DNA of 64,000 nucleotides from an uncultured Fidelibacterota bacterium. GTDB taxonomy: Bacteria > Fidelibacterota > Marinisomatia > Marinisomatales > UBA1611. Below the pieces are notes generated by a model, which did no database searches, was not told where the DNA came from, and was given only the letters and a program-made list of their open reading frames with translations. The position numbers were made by a program, and so were the translations under genes. Each line of letters begins with the position of its first letter. The first letter of the stretch is position 1. Location of the stretch: the NCBI GenBank assembly GCA_913043235.1, contig CAJWLO010000005.1:9597-73596 (forward strand). The letters are read 5' to 3'. Below are positions 19,367 to 28,886 of the stretch, piece after piece.

Positions 19367-20524
19367 ATGGCCAAACCAAAAGATATGTCATTTGATACCA
19401 AAGTTATTCATGCTGGTGAGCCAGATCCAAAAATTGAAGGAGCAGCCAATGTTCCAATATTCCAAAGCTCTACTTTTGAATATTCTGGTCAAAAAAATTA
19501 TGATGATTTAAAATATATCAGATTAAATAACACACCTAATCATATTGTATTACATGATAAACTAGCTATCCTTGAAGGTGCTGATCGTGCGCTTGTTACA
19601 TCATCTGGAATGAGTGCAATTACAACATCGCTCTTAACGTTTCTTAAATCAGGTGATCATCTACTAGCCCATAAAACATTATATGGGGGTACTGCCGATT
19701 ATGTTAAGCATGACCTGCCGCAATATGGTATTGAATTTGATTTTATTAACGCAATGGATCCAACTGAATGGGGTTCTAAGTTAAAATCAAATACGAAAGT
19801 CATTTATGTGGAAACAATAACAAATCCTCTGATAGAAGTTGCACCATTAGAAAAGGTCGTCGCATTCGCAAAAGAAAATGGTTTAATCTCAATGGTTGAC
19901 AATACGCTTGCTAGTCCTGCACTATTCTGTCCGATTCAGCTAGGCTTCGACATTTCACTTCATTCTGCAACAAAATATTTAAATGGGCATACGGATATTG
20001 TTGCAGGAGCCATTATTGGTAATGACCTTCATATGGAAAAGATTAATTCAAAATTAAATCATCTTGGAGGATGCCTTGATCCAAACGCGTGTTTTTTACT
20101 GCAAAGAGGCATGAAAACATTATCCTTAAGAATAAAAAAACAGTGTAGTAATGCAATGAAGATCGCTACTTTTTTAAATGATCATGAAATGGTTTCACAC
20201 GTTAATTATCCAGGGCTTGAATCAGATCCAAGTCATAAAAAAGCTAAAGAATTGTTATGTGGTTTTGGTGGTATGTTAAGCTTTACTATAAAAGGCGGTA
20301 TTGAGGAAGCTGATAATGTGATGAACAAATTAAAAATTCCTATGTGTACAGCGAGTATGGGCGGAGTAGAATCATTAGTAACTCGACCTGTGCAAACATC
20401 TCATTCATTGCTTAGTGATGATGAACTTTTAGAATCAGGCATAGATAAATCACTTATTCGTTTAGCTGTTGGGATTGAATCAGCGTCTGATTTGATTAAT
20501 GATCTCAATCAGGCTTTAAATTAA
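19367..20524 (+). CDS. Cys/Met-metabolism PLP-dependent enzyme (methionine gamma-lyase / cystathionine lyase or synthase family)
   Basis: PLP-lysine motif SATKYLNGHTDIVAG, N-terminal TKVIHAG, 385 aa, no signal peptide. Subfamily cannot be assigned by eye. Confidence 0.9.
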   Translation: MAKPKDMSFDTKVIHAGEPDPKIEGAANVPIFQSSTFEYSGQKNYDDLKYIRLNNTPNHIVLHDKLAILEGADRALVTSSGMSAITTSLLTFLKSGDHLLAHKTLYGGTADYVKHDLPQYGIEFDFINAMDPTEWGSKLKSNTKVIYVETITNPLIEVAPLEKVVAFAKENGLISMVDNTLASPALFCPIQLGFDISLHSATKYLNGHTDIVAGAIIGNDLHMEKINSKLNHLGGCLDPNACFLLQRGMKTLSLRIKKQCSNAMKIATFLNDHEMVSHVNYPGLESDPSHKKAKELLCGFGGMLSFTIKGGIEEADNVMNKLKIPMCTASMGGVESLVTRPVQTSHSLLSDDELLESGIDKSLIRLAVGIESASDLINDLNQALN

Positions 20525-20553
20525 CAAAAAATTAACTTTCGAAGGATTTTCTA

Positions 20554-21987
20554 ATGAACAGAGTTTTTCTATTATTATTTTATTTTTTTAGTTCACAATA
20601 TATAAATGGTCAAGTCACGCCATTACAAAACATAATAAATGATATTGATAGTGATGATTATCTAAATCACAATCAATATTCTTTTTTATCTCCTATAGTA
20701 AATGATAAAGATGTTGTTTTGCTAGGTGAATCAATTCATTTGACTCGTGAATTTCCATTATTACGAATAGGAATGATCAAATATCTTAATCAGTATCATG
20801 ATTTTAATGTCATTGCTATGGAAGGAGGAGCTACGGATTATTGGGTAACGCAAGATATACTATTTTCTTCCGAAAAAAATGAATCTGATTTTACAGAAGC
20901 ACTTTCTTCATTCCCTTTTATTTGGAATACACCTGAAGTACAAAAACTAATTGAATATCAAGCTTCAACACTTCAAAGCACTAATCCATTATATATTACA
21001 GCATATGATGTGCAGCAAGGTATTGGACAGGGAACTAAAAATGAGAAAGCATTTAAATTACTAGCTGAAAGACTCATGCGTTATTCTGATCCTCCGCAAA
21101 ATTTTATTTTAGAGGATTGGGTAGCTGCAATGTCTCCAATATCCAATCATTGTATAAAATATGAATCTTCAGATTATCAAAAAGTGCTATCAGCAATTGA
21201 TTTATTTGAAGAATGGGTGGATTCAGTAGCGCCGGAGATAAAGAAGCAGTATCCGAATATACCCCATGATATAATATTAAAAACAATGCCAAAAAGTTTT
21301 AGAGCTTCTTTGGCTTTATGTGATGAGTTAGGCGGGTTTAATATGAGTCGTTATAAAGTAGTCCGTGATTCCTTAGGCTTTATAAATACGATGGATCTTA
21401 TTCAAACAATACCAAATAACAAAATACTGATCTGGGGTCATCTTTCTCATGTTTATTATGATAGTCAAGATAATGTGATTAGTGAATATGGTGAATTCAA
21501 AAATCTCGCTGTTGGTCCAACTGTAGGAGAACGTTTAAAAGATGCATTGGGCTCAAAAGTTTATACAATTATTCCATTCGCTGAATCCGGTTCAACTATT
21601 TTAATCTATAATGATCTGAATCTAGATATTGGATATTCAAAAATAGAGAGCAGCTCAAAACTTGGAGATTTATTAAGTAAAGCGAGTGAAAAAGATTTCT
21701 TTCTTGATCTTCAATCATCTGCTTTAACGGCTGAAGATTATCCTGAATTATTTACAAAGCAACCTTTTGCGCTTGAAGGTCTAAAAAGTGATTTTAAAAT
21801 TAACTATACTTCTGATATGGATGGTTTGATATGGATAAAGAAAATACAAGCACCTGATTGGCCTTTATTTAAAATCATACTTATTTCAAGTCTCCATTAT
21901 AAGACACAAATAAGTCTTATATTTATATTAGGTTTAGGCTGGATTATTTTTTCAAAGATGAAAAAAAGAAAAAATATTAATAAATAA
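20554..21987 (+). CDS. erythromycin esterase (Ere) family-like protein with C-terminal membrane anchor
   Basis: VVLLGESIHLTREF..FNVIAMEGG resembles the Ere GE(A/P)(T/S)HG..EF motif. ILIWGHLSHVYY resembles the Ere W(A)HN(A)H motif. C-terminal hydrophobic segment ISLIFILGLGWIIF followed by KMKKRK. Confidence 0.55.
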   Translation: MNRVFLLLFYFFSSQYINGQVTPLQNIINDIDSDDYLNHNQYSFLSPIVNDKDVVLLGESIHLTREFPLLRIGMIKYLNQYHDFNVIAMEGGATDYWVTQDILFSSEKNESDFTEALSSFPFIWNTPEVQKLIEYQASTLQSTNPLYITAYDVQQGIGQGTKNEKAFKLLAERLMRYSDPPQNFILEDWVAAMSPISNHCIKYESSDYQKVLSAIDLFEEWVDSVAPEIKKQYPNIPHDIILKTMPKSFRASLALCDELGGFNMSRYKVVRDSLGFINTMDLIQTIPNNKILIWGHLSHVYYDSQDNVISEYGEFKNLAVGPTVGERLKDALGSKVYTIIPFAESGSTILIYNDLNLDIGYSKIESSSKLGDLLSKASEKDFFLDLQSSALTAEDYPELFTKQPFALEGLKSDFKINYTSDMDGLIWIKKIQAPDWPLFKIILISSLHYKTQISLIFILGLGWIIFSKMKKRKNINK

Positions 21988-22000
21988 TAAGGATATAAAA

Positions 22001-22975
22001 ATGAAAAGAATCTTTTTAACCATATTTTTGCTAGGATCAATTATTGCTCAAACACCAGTCAAAATGACGGGTCTTCATGAGGCAGAGTATTTTGATTTGA
22101 AGTCCAAATCTGTAGATGAAACTTTTCGAATATTTGTTGCAAAACCATTTCCACTGGAACCCGATAAGAAGTACCCGGTAATTTACGTGTTGGATGGAAA
22201 TGGTTTATTTGGAATGACAATGGAAGTACAGCGGATGATGGCATTAGGAATGGAATTGCCACCGGCATATATAATCGGTATCGGCTATGCAGTAGATAAC
22301 GGTTTTACGGAAACTATGGCAAAACGTTGGAGAGATTATACTCCAACAGCTGGTGGAGAATTAGAGGCTATGACTAAAGTATCAATTGATCCAACAGGAA
22401 CGGTAGAGGGTGGTGGCGGCTCAGACTTTTTAAAATTTCTTCAAGAGGAATTAAAACCATTAATTGAATCTAACTATTCCGTGGACCCAAATGACGCAAC
22501 CATTGCTGGGATTTCATTGGGAGGTCTTTTCCCTAGCTGGGTGTTACTTAATCAGCCAGAGACTTTTCAGCGTTATGTGATCATAAGTCCTTCCATCTGG
22601 TGGAATCAAGAAGAGGTTTGGAAATGGGAATCTCACTTTGCTCAAAATCATAATGATATTAATGCAAAAGTGTTTGTCACGGCTGGTGGCCTTGAAACAA
22701 GTGAAGAATTAAAAAAAACAATCCAGCAGGTTCTTAATATGGGCGGTCCAACGGCTGAAATGTATAAAAACATTTTTAAAGCATATGATAAATATGGTTG
22801 GCCAAAAATGGCAGAGATTACCCCAGTGTTTGTTGATAAGTTGAAATTGCGTGGTTATAAAAACCTAAAAATTCACTGCCATAATATGCCAGATGAAACT
22901 CACACGTCAGTTGGAGCTAGTGCTCTTTCCCGTGGATTACGCTATGTATTTGATCATTGGGATCCAAATCAATAA
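22001..22975 (+). CDS. alpha/beta hydrolase, 'putative esterase' family (IroE/enterochelin-esterase-like)
   Basis: YPVIYVLDGNGLFG plus the nucleophile elbow IAGISLGGLF. Signal peptide present. Confidence 0.7.
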   Translation: MKRIFLTIFLLGSIIAQTPVKMTGLHEAEYFDLKSKSVDETFRIFVAKPFPLEPDKKYPVIYVLDGNGLFGMTMEVQRMMALGMELPPAYIIGIGYAVDNGFTETMAKRWRDYTPTAGGELEAMTKVSIDPTGTVEGGGGSDFLKFLQEELKPLIESNYSVDPNDATIAGISLGGLFPSWVLLNQPETFQRYVIISPSIWWNQEEVWKWESHFAQNHNDINAKVFVTAGGLETSEELKKTIQQVLNMGGPTAEMYKNIFKAYDKYGWPKMAEITPVFVDKLKLRGYKNLKIHCHNMPDETHTSVGASALSRGLRYVFDHWDPNQ

Positions 22976-22987
22976 AAGGAGCAAAAA

Positions 22988-24211
22988 ATGAAATACCTAC
23001 TTCCATTTTTCATTATTATATATGGATGTTCATCAGAAAATCCATCAAAAAATATTTCTGAAGATGATGCGTTTAAACGTGCAAAAAAAATATTAAGTAG
23101 TACCCCATTAATAGATACTCATAATGATGTAGCTTGGACAATCCGAAATAGAAAGCAAGCGCCTCGTGATATATATGAATTTGACCTAAAGAAAAATTTG
23201 GACGGAGATACAGATATTCCACGATTGAGAGAAGGTATGGTAGGTGGGCAGTTTTGGTCTGTATTTATTCCTGGAGAGGTTGAAGAATTTGGCTATGCTA
23301 AAATGCAGCTTGAGCAAATCGATATTGCACATAGGATGATTGAATTATATCCAGATGATTTAGAGCTAGCCTTAACTGCTGACGATATTATCAATTCATT
23401 TAAAAGAGGAAAAATCGCATCCCTTATTGGTATTGAAGGTGCCCATGCTATAGAAAACTCTTTGGGTGCACTGCGAATATATTACAGGTTAGGCGTTCGA
23501 TATATGACGTTGTCACATAATGTTACATTAGATTGGGTGGATGCTGTAATGGATGAGCCAAAAAATGATGGTCTTACTGAATTCGGGAATGAAGTAGTTG
23601 CTGAAATGAATCGGTTAGGCATGCTGATTGATTTGTCACATGTTAGCCCCAAAGCCATGAGTGATGTCCTTAATGTAACAGAATCTCCAGTTATTTTTTC
23701 ACATTCTAATGCACGTAGTCTTACAAGCCATGCGCGTAATGTACCAGATTCAATTCTCGTACGTTTAAAGGATAATGGCGGAGTCGTGATGCTGTCTTTC
23801 ATTCCATTTTTTGTTTCCCAAGAAGCTGCTGATTTCATTGAAGCAGGTGATAAAACTATCAAAGGATGCAATACCTCTGAATGTCTTGAGGCCCTTGCAG
23901 CTGAATCGCCAAAAGCAAATGTTGGTCATGTTGTTGAGCATATTGAATATGTGAGAGATTTAGTAGGTATTGATCATGTTGGAATTGGTAGCGATTATTA
24001 TGGAAGTGCGGATATGCCCATCGGTTTGGAAGATGTATCAAAATACCCAAATCTTTTTGTTGCATTAATACAAAAAGGTTGGCCTGATGAAGATCTTAAA
24101 AAACTTGCAGGAGAAAATATTTTAAGAGTGATAAGAACGAATGAAACTAATGCTAAACGAATTCAAAAATCACGTCGTCCATCTACAAAAGTAATAGAGG
24201 ACTACAACTAA
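22988..24211 (+). CDS. M19 membrane (renal-type) dipeptidase, lipoprotein
   Basis: Lipobox IIIYGC. Zinc-ligand pattern: IDTHNDVAW, GIEGAHAIE, DLSHVS, FSHSNAR. Confidence 0.9.
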   Translation: MKYLLPFFIIIYGCSSENPSKNISEDDAFKRAKKILSSTPLIDTHNDVAWTIRNRKQAPRDIYEFDLKKNLDGDTDIPRLREGMVGGQFWSVFIPGEVEEFGYAKMQLEQIDIAHRMIELYPDDLELALTADDIINSFKRGKIASLIGIEGAHAIENSLGALRIYYRLGVRYMTLSHNVTLDWVDAVMDEPKNDGLTEFGNEVVAEMNRLGMLIDLSHVSPKAMSDVLNVTESPVIFSHSNARSLTSHARNVPDSILVRLKDNGGVVMLSFIPFFVSQEAADFIEAGDKTIKGCNTSECLEALAAESPKANVGHVVEHIEYVRDLVGIDHVGIGSDYYGSADMPIGLEDVSKYPNLFVALIQKGWPDEDLKKLAGENILRVIRTNETNAKRIQKSRRPSTKVIEDYN

Positions 24212-24229
24212 GCACAAAAAAGGCGATTG

Positions 24230-27073
24230 ATGATAAAATATAAAGGTGATTTAGTTTTTTTATTTTTGTTCGCATTTTTCTTCAACGCTTTTGCTTGTGA
24301 AAATGTGAGGCAAAATACATTAACGAGGAATATAGACCGAATCTTTAAAGATTTGTCGGCGAAAGATAGCCCTGGTGCTTCAGTGGCAGTTATCCGAAAA
24401 GGTAAAATTGAATATAGTAGGCAATATGGCAGTGCACAGGTTGAATACGATTTACCTATTAATGAAAATACAATTTTTCATGTTGCCTCAGTATCTAAAC
24501 AGTTTGCTGCAATGTCAGTAATGCTCCTTGCTTATGATGGAAAATTAGATCTTGATAATGAGGTTCAGAAATATTTGCCATATGTTCCCAAATTCAATCA
24601 TCCTGTCACTATCCGGCAGATGATACAGATGACAAGTGGAATCAGAGATCAATGGGAATTGTTAGCCATAGGCGGCTGGCGATTAGACGATGTTATTACA
24701 ACGGAACATGTTTTACAGCTTATTAAAAGGCAAAAGGAACTCAATTTTGAGCCCAATACGCAGTATTTATATTCCAATATGAATTACACTTTACTTGGAC
24801 AAGTTGTTGAAGAAGTTTCTGGAAAAACTTTAGCAGAATTTTCAAGCGAACGAATTTTTGGACCCCTAGGTATGAATTCAACACATTTTCATGATGACCA
24901 TGAGCATATTGTAGATGATCGCTCGTACTCCTATAAGGAAATCGAAGGTGAGTTGAAAAAATCAGTTTTAAGCTATGCAAACGTTGGAGCAACAAGCCTC
25001 TTTACAACTGCGAAGGATCTGGCTAAATGGTTAGATAATTTCCGCCATAAGCGTGTTGGTGGGCCTGAATTATTAGATGAGTTGTTAACTCAGGGCATTT
25101 TAAATAATGAGGAAAAGATTTCATATGCTCATGGTGTGGTAATTGGCGATTATAAAGGATTAAAGACAGTGAGTCATGGCGGGGCCGATGCTGGTTTTAG
25201 GTCACATGTGGTTTGGTTCCCAGATAAAGAGGTGGGAATAGTTGTCTTAACAAACTTAGCAACTGCTGGACCAAGCGGTAGAGCCTATAAAATTGCAGAT
25301 TTATTATTTGAAAAAGAGTTCAGTCAATACAGCGAAGCGGCAAATAGAAATGAACCTGAAACAATAGTAGTGGATGATAAATTACTTAATTCAATAATTA
25401 GTAGATATAAAATTGATACAGGTGTAGAAGTCGAATTATATAAACGGTGGTCATCCGTTTATGCAAAATTTGAAAATAAAGATCCAGTGCGTTTAGCTCC
25501 AGTTGGAGAAAATAAGTTTTGGGTTAAAGATTTGAAAATTTTTTTAGAATTCAAAATTGGGAATAATTCTTCGGATAATTATTTTATTATTTTTAACGAA
25601 GATGGTCTGGAATCTGGTAAGGGTGTTCAAACGGATCCATTTACAGTTTCCGAAAGTGAGCTAAAAAAATTAAAGGGGAAATATTATAGTCCGGAATTAG
25701 AAGCTTTATATACAATCTCACCCAAAAGTAATGGATTGATTGCAAGCCATATTCGTCATGGGGAAATTGAGCTTAAACCGATTTTCAAGAATCAGTATAT
25801 GGGAGATAAATGGTTCTTTTCCAGCCTTAGTATCCAAAAAGAAGATGATATAGTAACTGGATTCATATTAAACGGAGGCAGGGTTAAACATTTAAAATTT
25901 ATCAAACTGGATAATCCTCTACCAGATTTACCTATTATTTCTGAACCATCCATAATACCTGAATATCCTTTTCCTGATCCAAGTGGGAAGTATAGCATTG
26001 GTATGAAAGAATATTTTTGGACTGATAAGTCGCGAGAAGAAATATTTACCAAAAACAAAGATGATTTCCGAAATGTAAATATCCGTGTATGGTACCCCAC
26101 CGATAAAAATACCGGCCAGAAAGCAAAGTATATCACAAATCAGAATGAGTTTGGTTCTTATACTGAATTCAATATGGTCCAACATGTAAAAACCAATGCA
26201 TTAAATAATGCTCCACCATTAAAAACAATAAAACCATTTCCAGTATTAATTTATAATCATGGAGGTAGTTGGACTCGCTTTACAAGTACATTTACCACAG
26301 AGGAATTGGCAAGCCATGGCTATGTAGTATTTTCAATTGGACACAACGGATTTAATAAAACTCAGTTTCTGCCAAATGGATCAAGTGTATTAAAAGATAC
26401 ATTATTATCCCCCCCACCAACTGGAGATTTCAAAAGGGATGCTCTAAAATATTGGAAATACCTTGATGAATTTCATTTTCCACAATGGGTAGCAGATATA
26501 GGATTTGTTATCGAAAAAACCATTACTTTAAATAATAATGGGCATTTTAAAAACATTTTAGATCTTGACAATATTGGTCTTTATGGTTGGTCTTTTGGCG
26601 GTGCTGCTTCAATTCAAACAGCCATTGATGATAAACGTGTTAAGGCTGTTATTGACCATGATGGCCAATTATTTGGTAAAGCAGATCAAGAAATAATAAC
26701 AACTCCATTTATGCTATTTCATAACGGTGATGTTCCAGAAGCTCCTAAAGGGAAGAATGATAAAGAAACAGAAAAAAACCAAAGGATGATGAATGATTTA
26801 ATTGAAATAGTTGAAACTAAAGATGCACAATTAAAAGAAAAATCTACCAATGATTGGTATGATATAACAATTGATGGAGCCAACCATGGTCATTTTTCTG
26901 ACTTAGTTTTATTCTATCCTAACTCTGCAGGTGATTTGCCGGCTAAAAGAGCACATAAAATAATTAATGCTTTAACCGTTGCATTTTTCAACCATTATTT
27001 AAAAGGAAATCCTTTAGATTTATTGAATGGACCAGAATTCAATTATCCAGAAGTGAAAATGGTAAAAAACTAA
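24230..27073 (+). CDS. fusion protein: S12 (beta-lactamase/DD-peptidase fold) serine hydrolase plus lipocalin-like linker plus PAF-acetylhydrolase-like alpha/beta hydrolase
   Basis: N-terminal part: ASVSKQF (SxxK), YLYSNMNY (YxN), SHGGADAGF (HxG). Middle: LKGKYYSPELEALYTI (DUF3471-like). C-terminal part: FPVLIYNHGGSWTRFTSTFTTEELASHGYVVFSIGH, GLYGWSFGG, ANHGHFSD, a PAF-AH family pattern. TTG 24227 and ATG 24230 are both possible starts. Confidence 0.85.
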   Translation: MIKYKGDLVFLFLFAFFFNAFACENVRQNTLTRNIDRIFKDLSAKDSPGASVAVIRKGKIEYSRQYGSAQVEYDLPINENTIFHVASVSKQFAAMSVMLLAYDGKLDLDNEVQKYLPYVPKFNHPVTIRQMIQMTSGIRDQWELLAIGGWRLDDVITTEHVLQLIKRQKELNFEPNTQYLYSNMNYTLLGQVVEEVSGKTLAEFSSERIFGPLGMNSTHFHDDHEHIVDDRSYSYKEIEGELKKSVLSYANVGATSLFTTAKDLAKWLDNFRHKRVGGPELLDELLTQGILNNEEKISYAHGVVIGDYKGLKTVSHGGADAGFRSHVVWFPDKEVGIVVLTNLATAGPSGRAYKIADLLFEKEFSQYSEAANRNEPETIVVDDKLLNSIISRYKIDTGVEVELYKRWSSVYAKFENKDPVRLAPVGENKFWVKDLKIFLEFKIGNNSSDNYFIIFNEDGLESGKGVQTDPFTVSESELKKLKGKYYSPELEALYTISPKSNGLIASHIRHGEIELKPIFKNQYMGDKWFFSSLSIQKEDDIVTGFILNGGRVKHLKFIKLDNPLPDLPIISEPSIIPEYPFPDPSGKYSIGMKEYFWTDKSREEIFTKNKDDFRNVNIRVWYPTDKNTGQKAKYITNQNEFGSYTEFNMVQHVKTNALNNAPPLKTIKPFPVLIYNHGGSWTRFTSTFTTEELASHGYVVFSIGHNGFNKTQFLPNGSSVLKDTLLSPPPTGDFKRDALKYWKYLDEFHFPQWVADIGFVIEKTITLNNNGHFKNILDLDNIGLYGWSFGGAASIQTAIDDKRVKAVIDHDGQLFGKADQEIITTPFMLFHNGDVPEAPKGKNDKETEKNQRMMNDLIEIVETKDAQLKEKSTNDWYDITIDGANHGHFSDLVLFYPNSAGDLPAKRAHKIINALTVAFFNHYLKGNPLDLLNGPEFNYPEVKMVKN

Positions 27074-27076
27074 TCT

Positions 27077-28882
27077 ATGATTAAATATAAAAAATTAATT
27101 TATCATTTATATTTCTATGTTTTAGTTATTGTATTTACCCCCAATTTGATTTTAGGAGATATTTGTGCTCAAAGTTTAAGTTCAGATTATATTGTAACAA
27201 AAGACGGCACAAAATTAGCAGCGGACATTTACAAACCTGATAACCATTCAAATTCAAAATATCCAGCTTTACTCATTATAACGCGATATCGGCGTGGTAT
27301 CCAAGATGGGAAAACTGGAGAAATGATTTCCACCCTTAGCCCTTTAGATAAACACTTTTTGTCTAATGATTATGTATTGGTAAAGGTTGATGCAAGAGGA
27401 AGTGGTGCTTCTTTTGGAACCCGTCCAACTGAATATGGGAAAAAGGAGGTACTCGATGGATACGATATTGTAGAATGGGTGATTTCGCAGAATTGGTCTG
27501 ATGGTAATGTTGGGGCTTATGGTACATCATATACAGGAACCACTGCAGAATTACTAGCTGCTGTTAATCACTCAGCAGTAAAAGCAGTAATCCCTGGATG
27601 GTCAGATTTTGATATCTATTCGAGTCCCGTTAGGCCATATGGTGCAATAGCCACAGGCTTTATTAAACAGTGGGGAGAAAGGGTTGGAGACTTTGATAAT
27701 AATAATGTAAAAAAACTCGGAGTGAGTGTTCGGCCAGTTAATAAGGATAAAATTTTATTTGAATCTGCAATTTCAGAGCACGCTTCAAATCCGAATGTTT
27801 TTCAAAAAGCTTTGGCAGCTGAATATCGAGATGACGAAATTAGTGGCGGGGAAACATGGGCAGATATTGGACCAATTTATTGGCGGAATGAAATTGGAAA
27901 ATCAAATATTCCTATGTTGGTATTTGCAAGTTGGTTAGATGCAGGTACAGCAGATGGAGCATTATTGAGATTCCAGAACTTCAATAATCCCCAAAATTTA
28001 ATTTTAATGGCTTCAACGCATGGTGGAGCCTACCATGCTAGCCCATATACTGTTAGTGATACACCCCTTTCTCCGCAACCAAGTGAATTAGATCAATTTG
28101 AATTAAGAAGAATTTTTTTTGATTATCATCTAAAAGGTAAATTAAATGAAGTAAGTGATTGGGCGCCGATTCGTTTTTTTAATCTTGGAGAAGAAAAATA
28201 TCATACTTCTAATCAGTGGCCACCTGCAGACTTCACATATCAGAATTTTTATATGGATAAAGGTAATAGTTTGGTTTCGCAGAAAACAGTGGAATTAGGA
28301 ATTGATGAGTATATTGTTGATGATAAGGTATCAACTGGTGTATACAATCGTTGGTTTGCCCAAATGGGTAAACCCATTCTTAAATTAGATGATCGTCAAG
28401 AAATGGATAATAGAATGTTGATTTATACCACTGAACCTCTAAATAAGGACCTGCAGATCACAGGATATCCAATTATAGAAATAAACCTTTCAATAAATCA
28501 TGATGATGGGATGATATTTGTTTATTTAGAAGATGTTGATCCAAATGGAAAAAGCCACTATTTAACAGAAGGTGGAATTCGAATGATACACAGAAAAATT
28601 ACACCCAATCCATACTTTGTGAATGATTTACCTTATCATTCCTACAATCGTTTAGATGCGGAATTAATCTCTCCTGGAGAAGTCACTAACCTTAGTTTTT
28701 ATATGTGGCCAATTTCTGTATTAATACGTAAAGGTCATCGTATTCGAATAGCAATTGCTGGAGCGGATGCGGATACATTTACACCAATTTCAAATAATAG
28801 CGGGCAAGTAATTAAAATGCATCGTGGTGGAAGTATTTCCTCCCATGTAAAACTTCCAGTAATAATTGGAGAATTAAAATAA
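27077..28882 (+). CDS. S15 CocE/NonD family hydrolase (X-Pro dipeptidyl-peptidase fold)
   Basis: VDARGSGASFG and the nucleophile VGAYGTSYTGTTA. A C-terminal jelly-roll region follows (..IRIAIAGAD..). Signal peptide present. Confidence 0.85.
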   Translation: MIKYKKLIYHLYFYVLVIVFTPNLILGDICAQSLSSDYIVTKDGTKLAADIYKPDNHSNSKYPALLIITRYRRGIQDGKTGEMISTLSPLDKHFLSNDYVLVKVDARGSGASFGTRPTEYGKKEVLDGYDIVEWVISQNWSDGNVGAYGTSYTGTTAELLAAVNHSAVKAVIPGWSDFDIYSSPVRPYGAIATGFIKQWGERVGDFDNNNVKKLGVSVRPVNKDKILFESAISEHASNPNVFQKALAAEYRDDEISGGETWADIGPIYWRNEIGKSNIPMLVFASWLDAGTADGALLRFQNFNNPQNLILMASTHGGAYHASPYTVSDTPLSPQPSELDQFELRRIFFDYHLKGKLNEVSDWAPIRFFNLGEEKYHTSNQWPPADFTYQNFYMDKGNSLVSQKTVELGIDEYIVDDKVSTGVYNRWFAQMGKPILKLDDRQEMDNRMLIYTTEPLNKDLQITGYPIIEINLSINHDDGMIFVYLEDVDPNGKSHYLTEGGIRMIHRKITPNPYFVNDLPYHSYNRLDAELISPGEVTNLSFYMWPISVLIRKGHRIRIAIAGADADTFTPISNNSGQVIKMHRGGSISSHVKLPVIIGELK

Positions 28883-28886
28883 AGGA

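Noticed and set aside
23482-23871. 129-aa minus-strand ORF antisense to the M19 dipeptidase
   Set aside because: Antisense shadow of a well-supported gene. The same applies to 25792-26185, 49735-50118, 59480-59860, 52025-52300 and 55098-55855.
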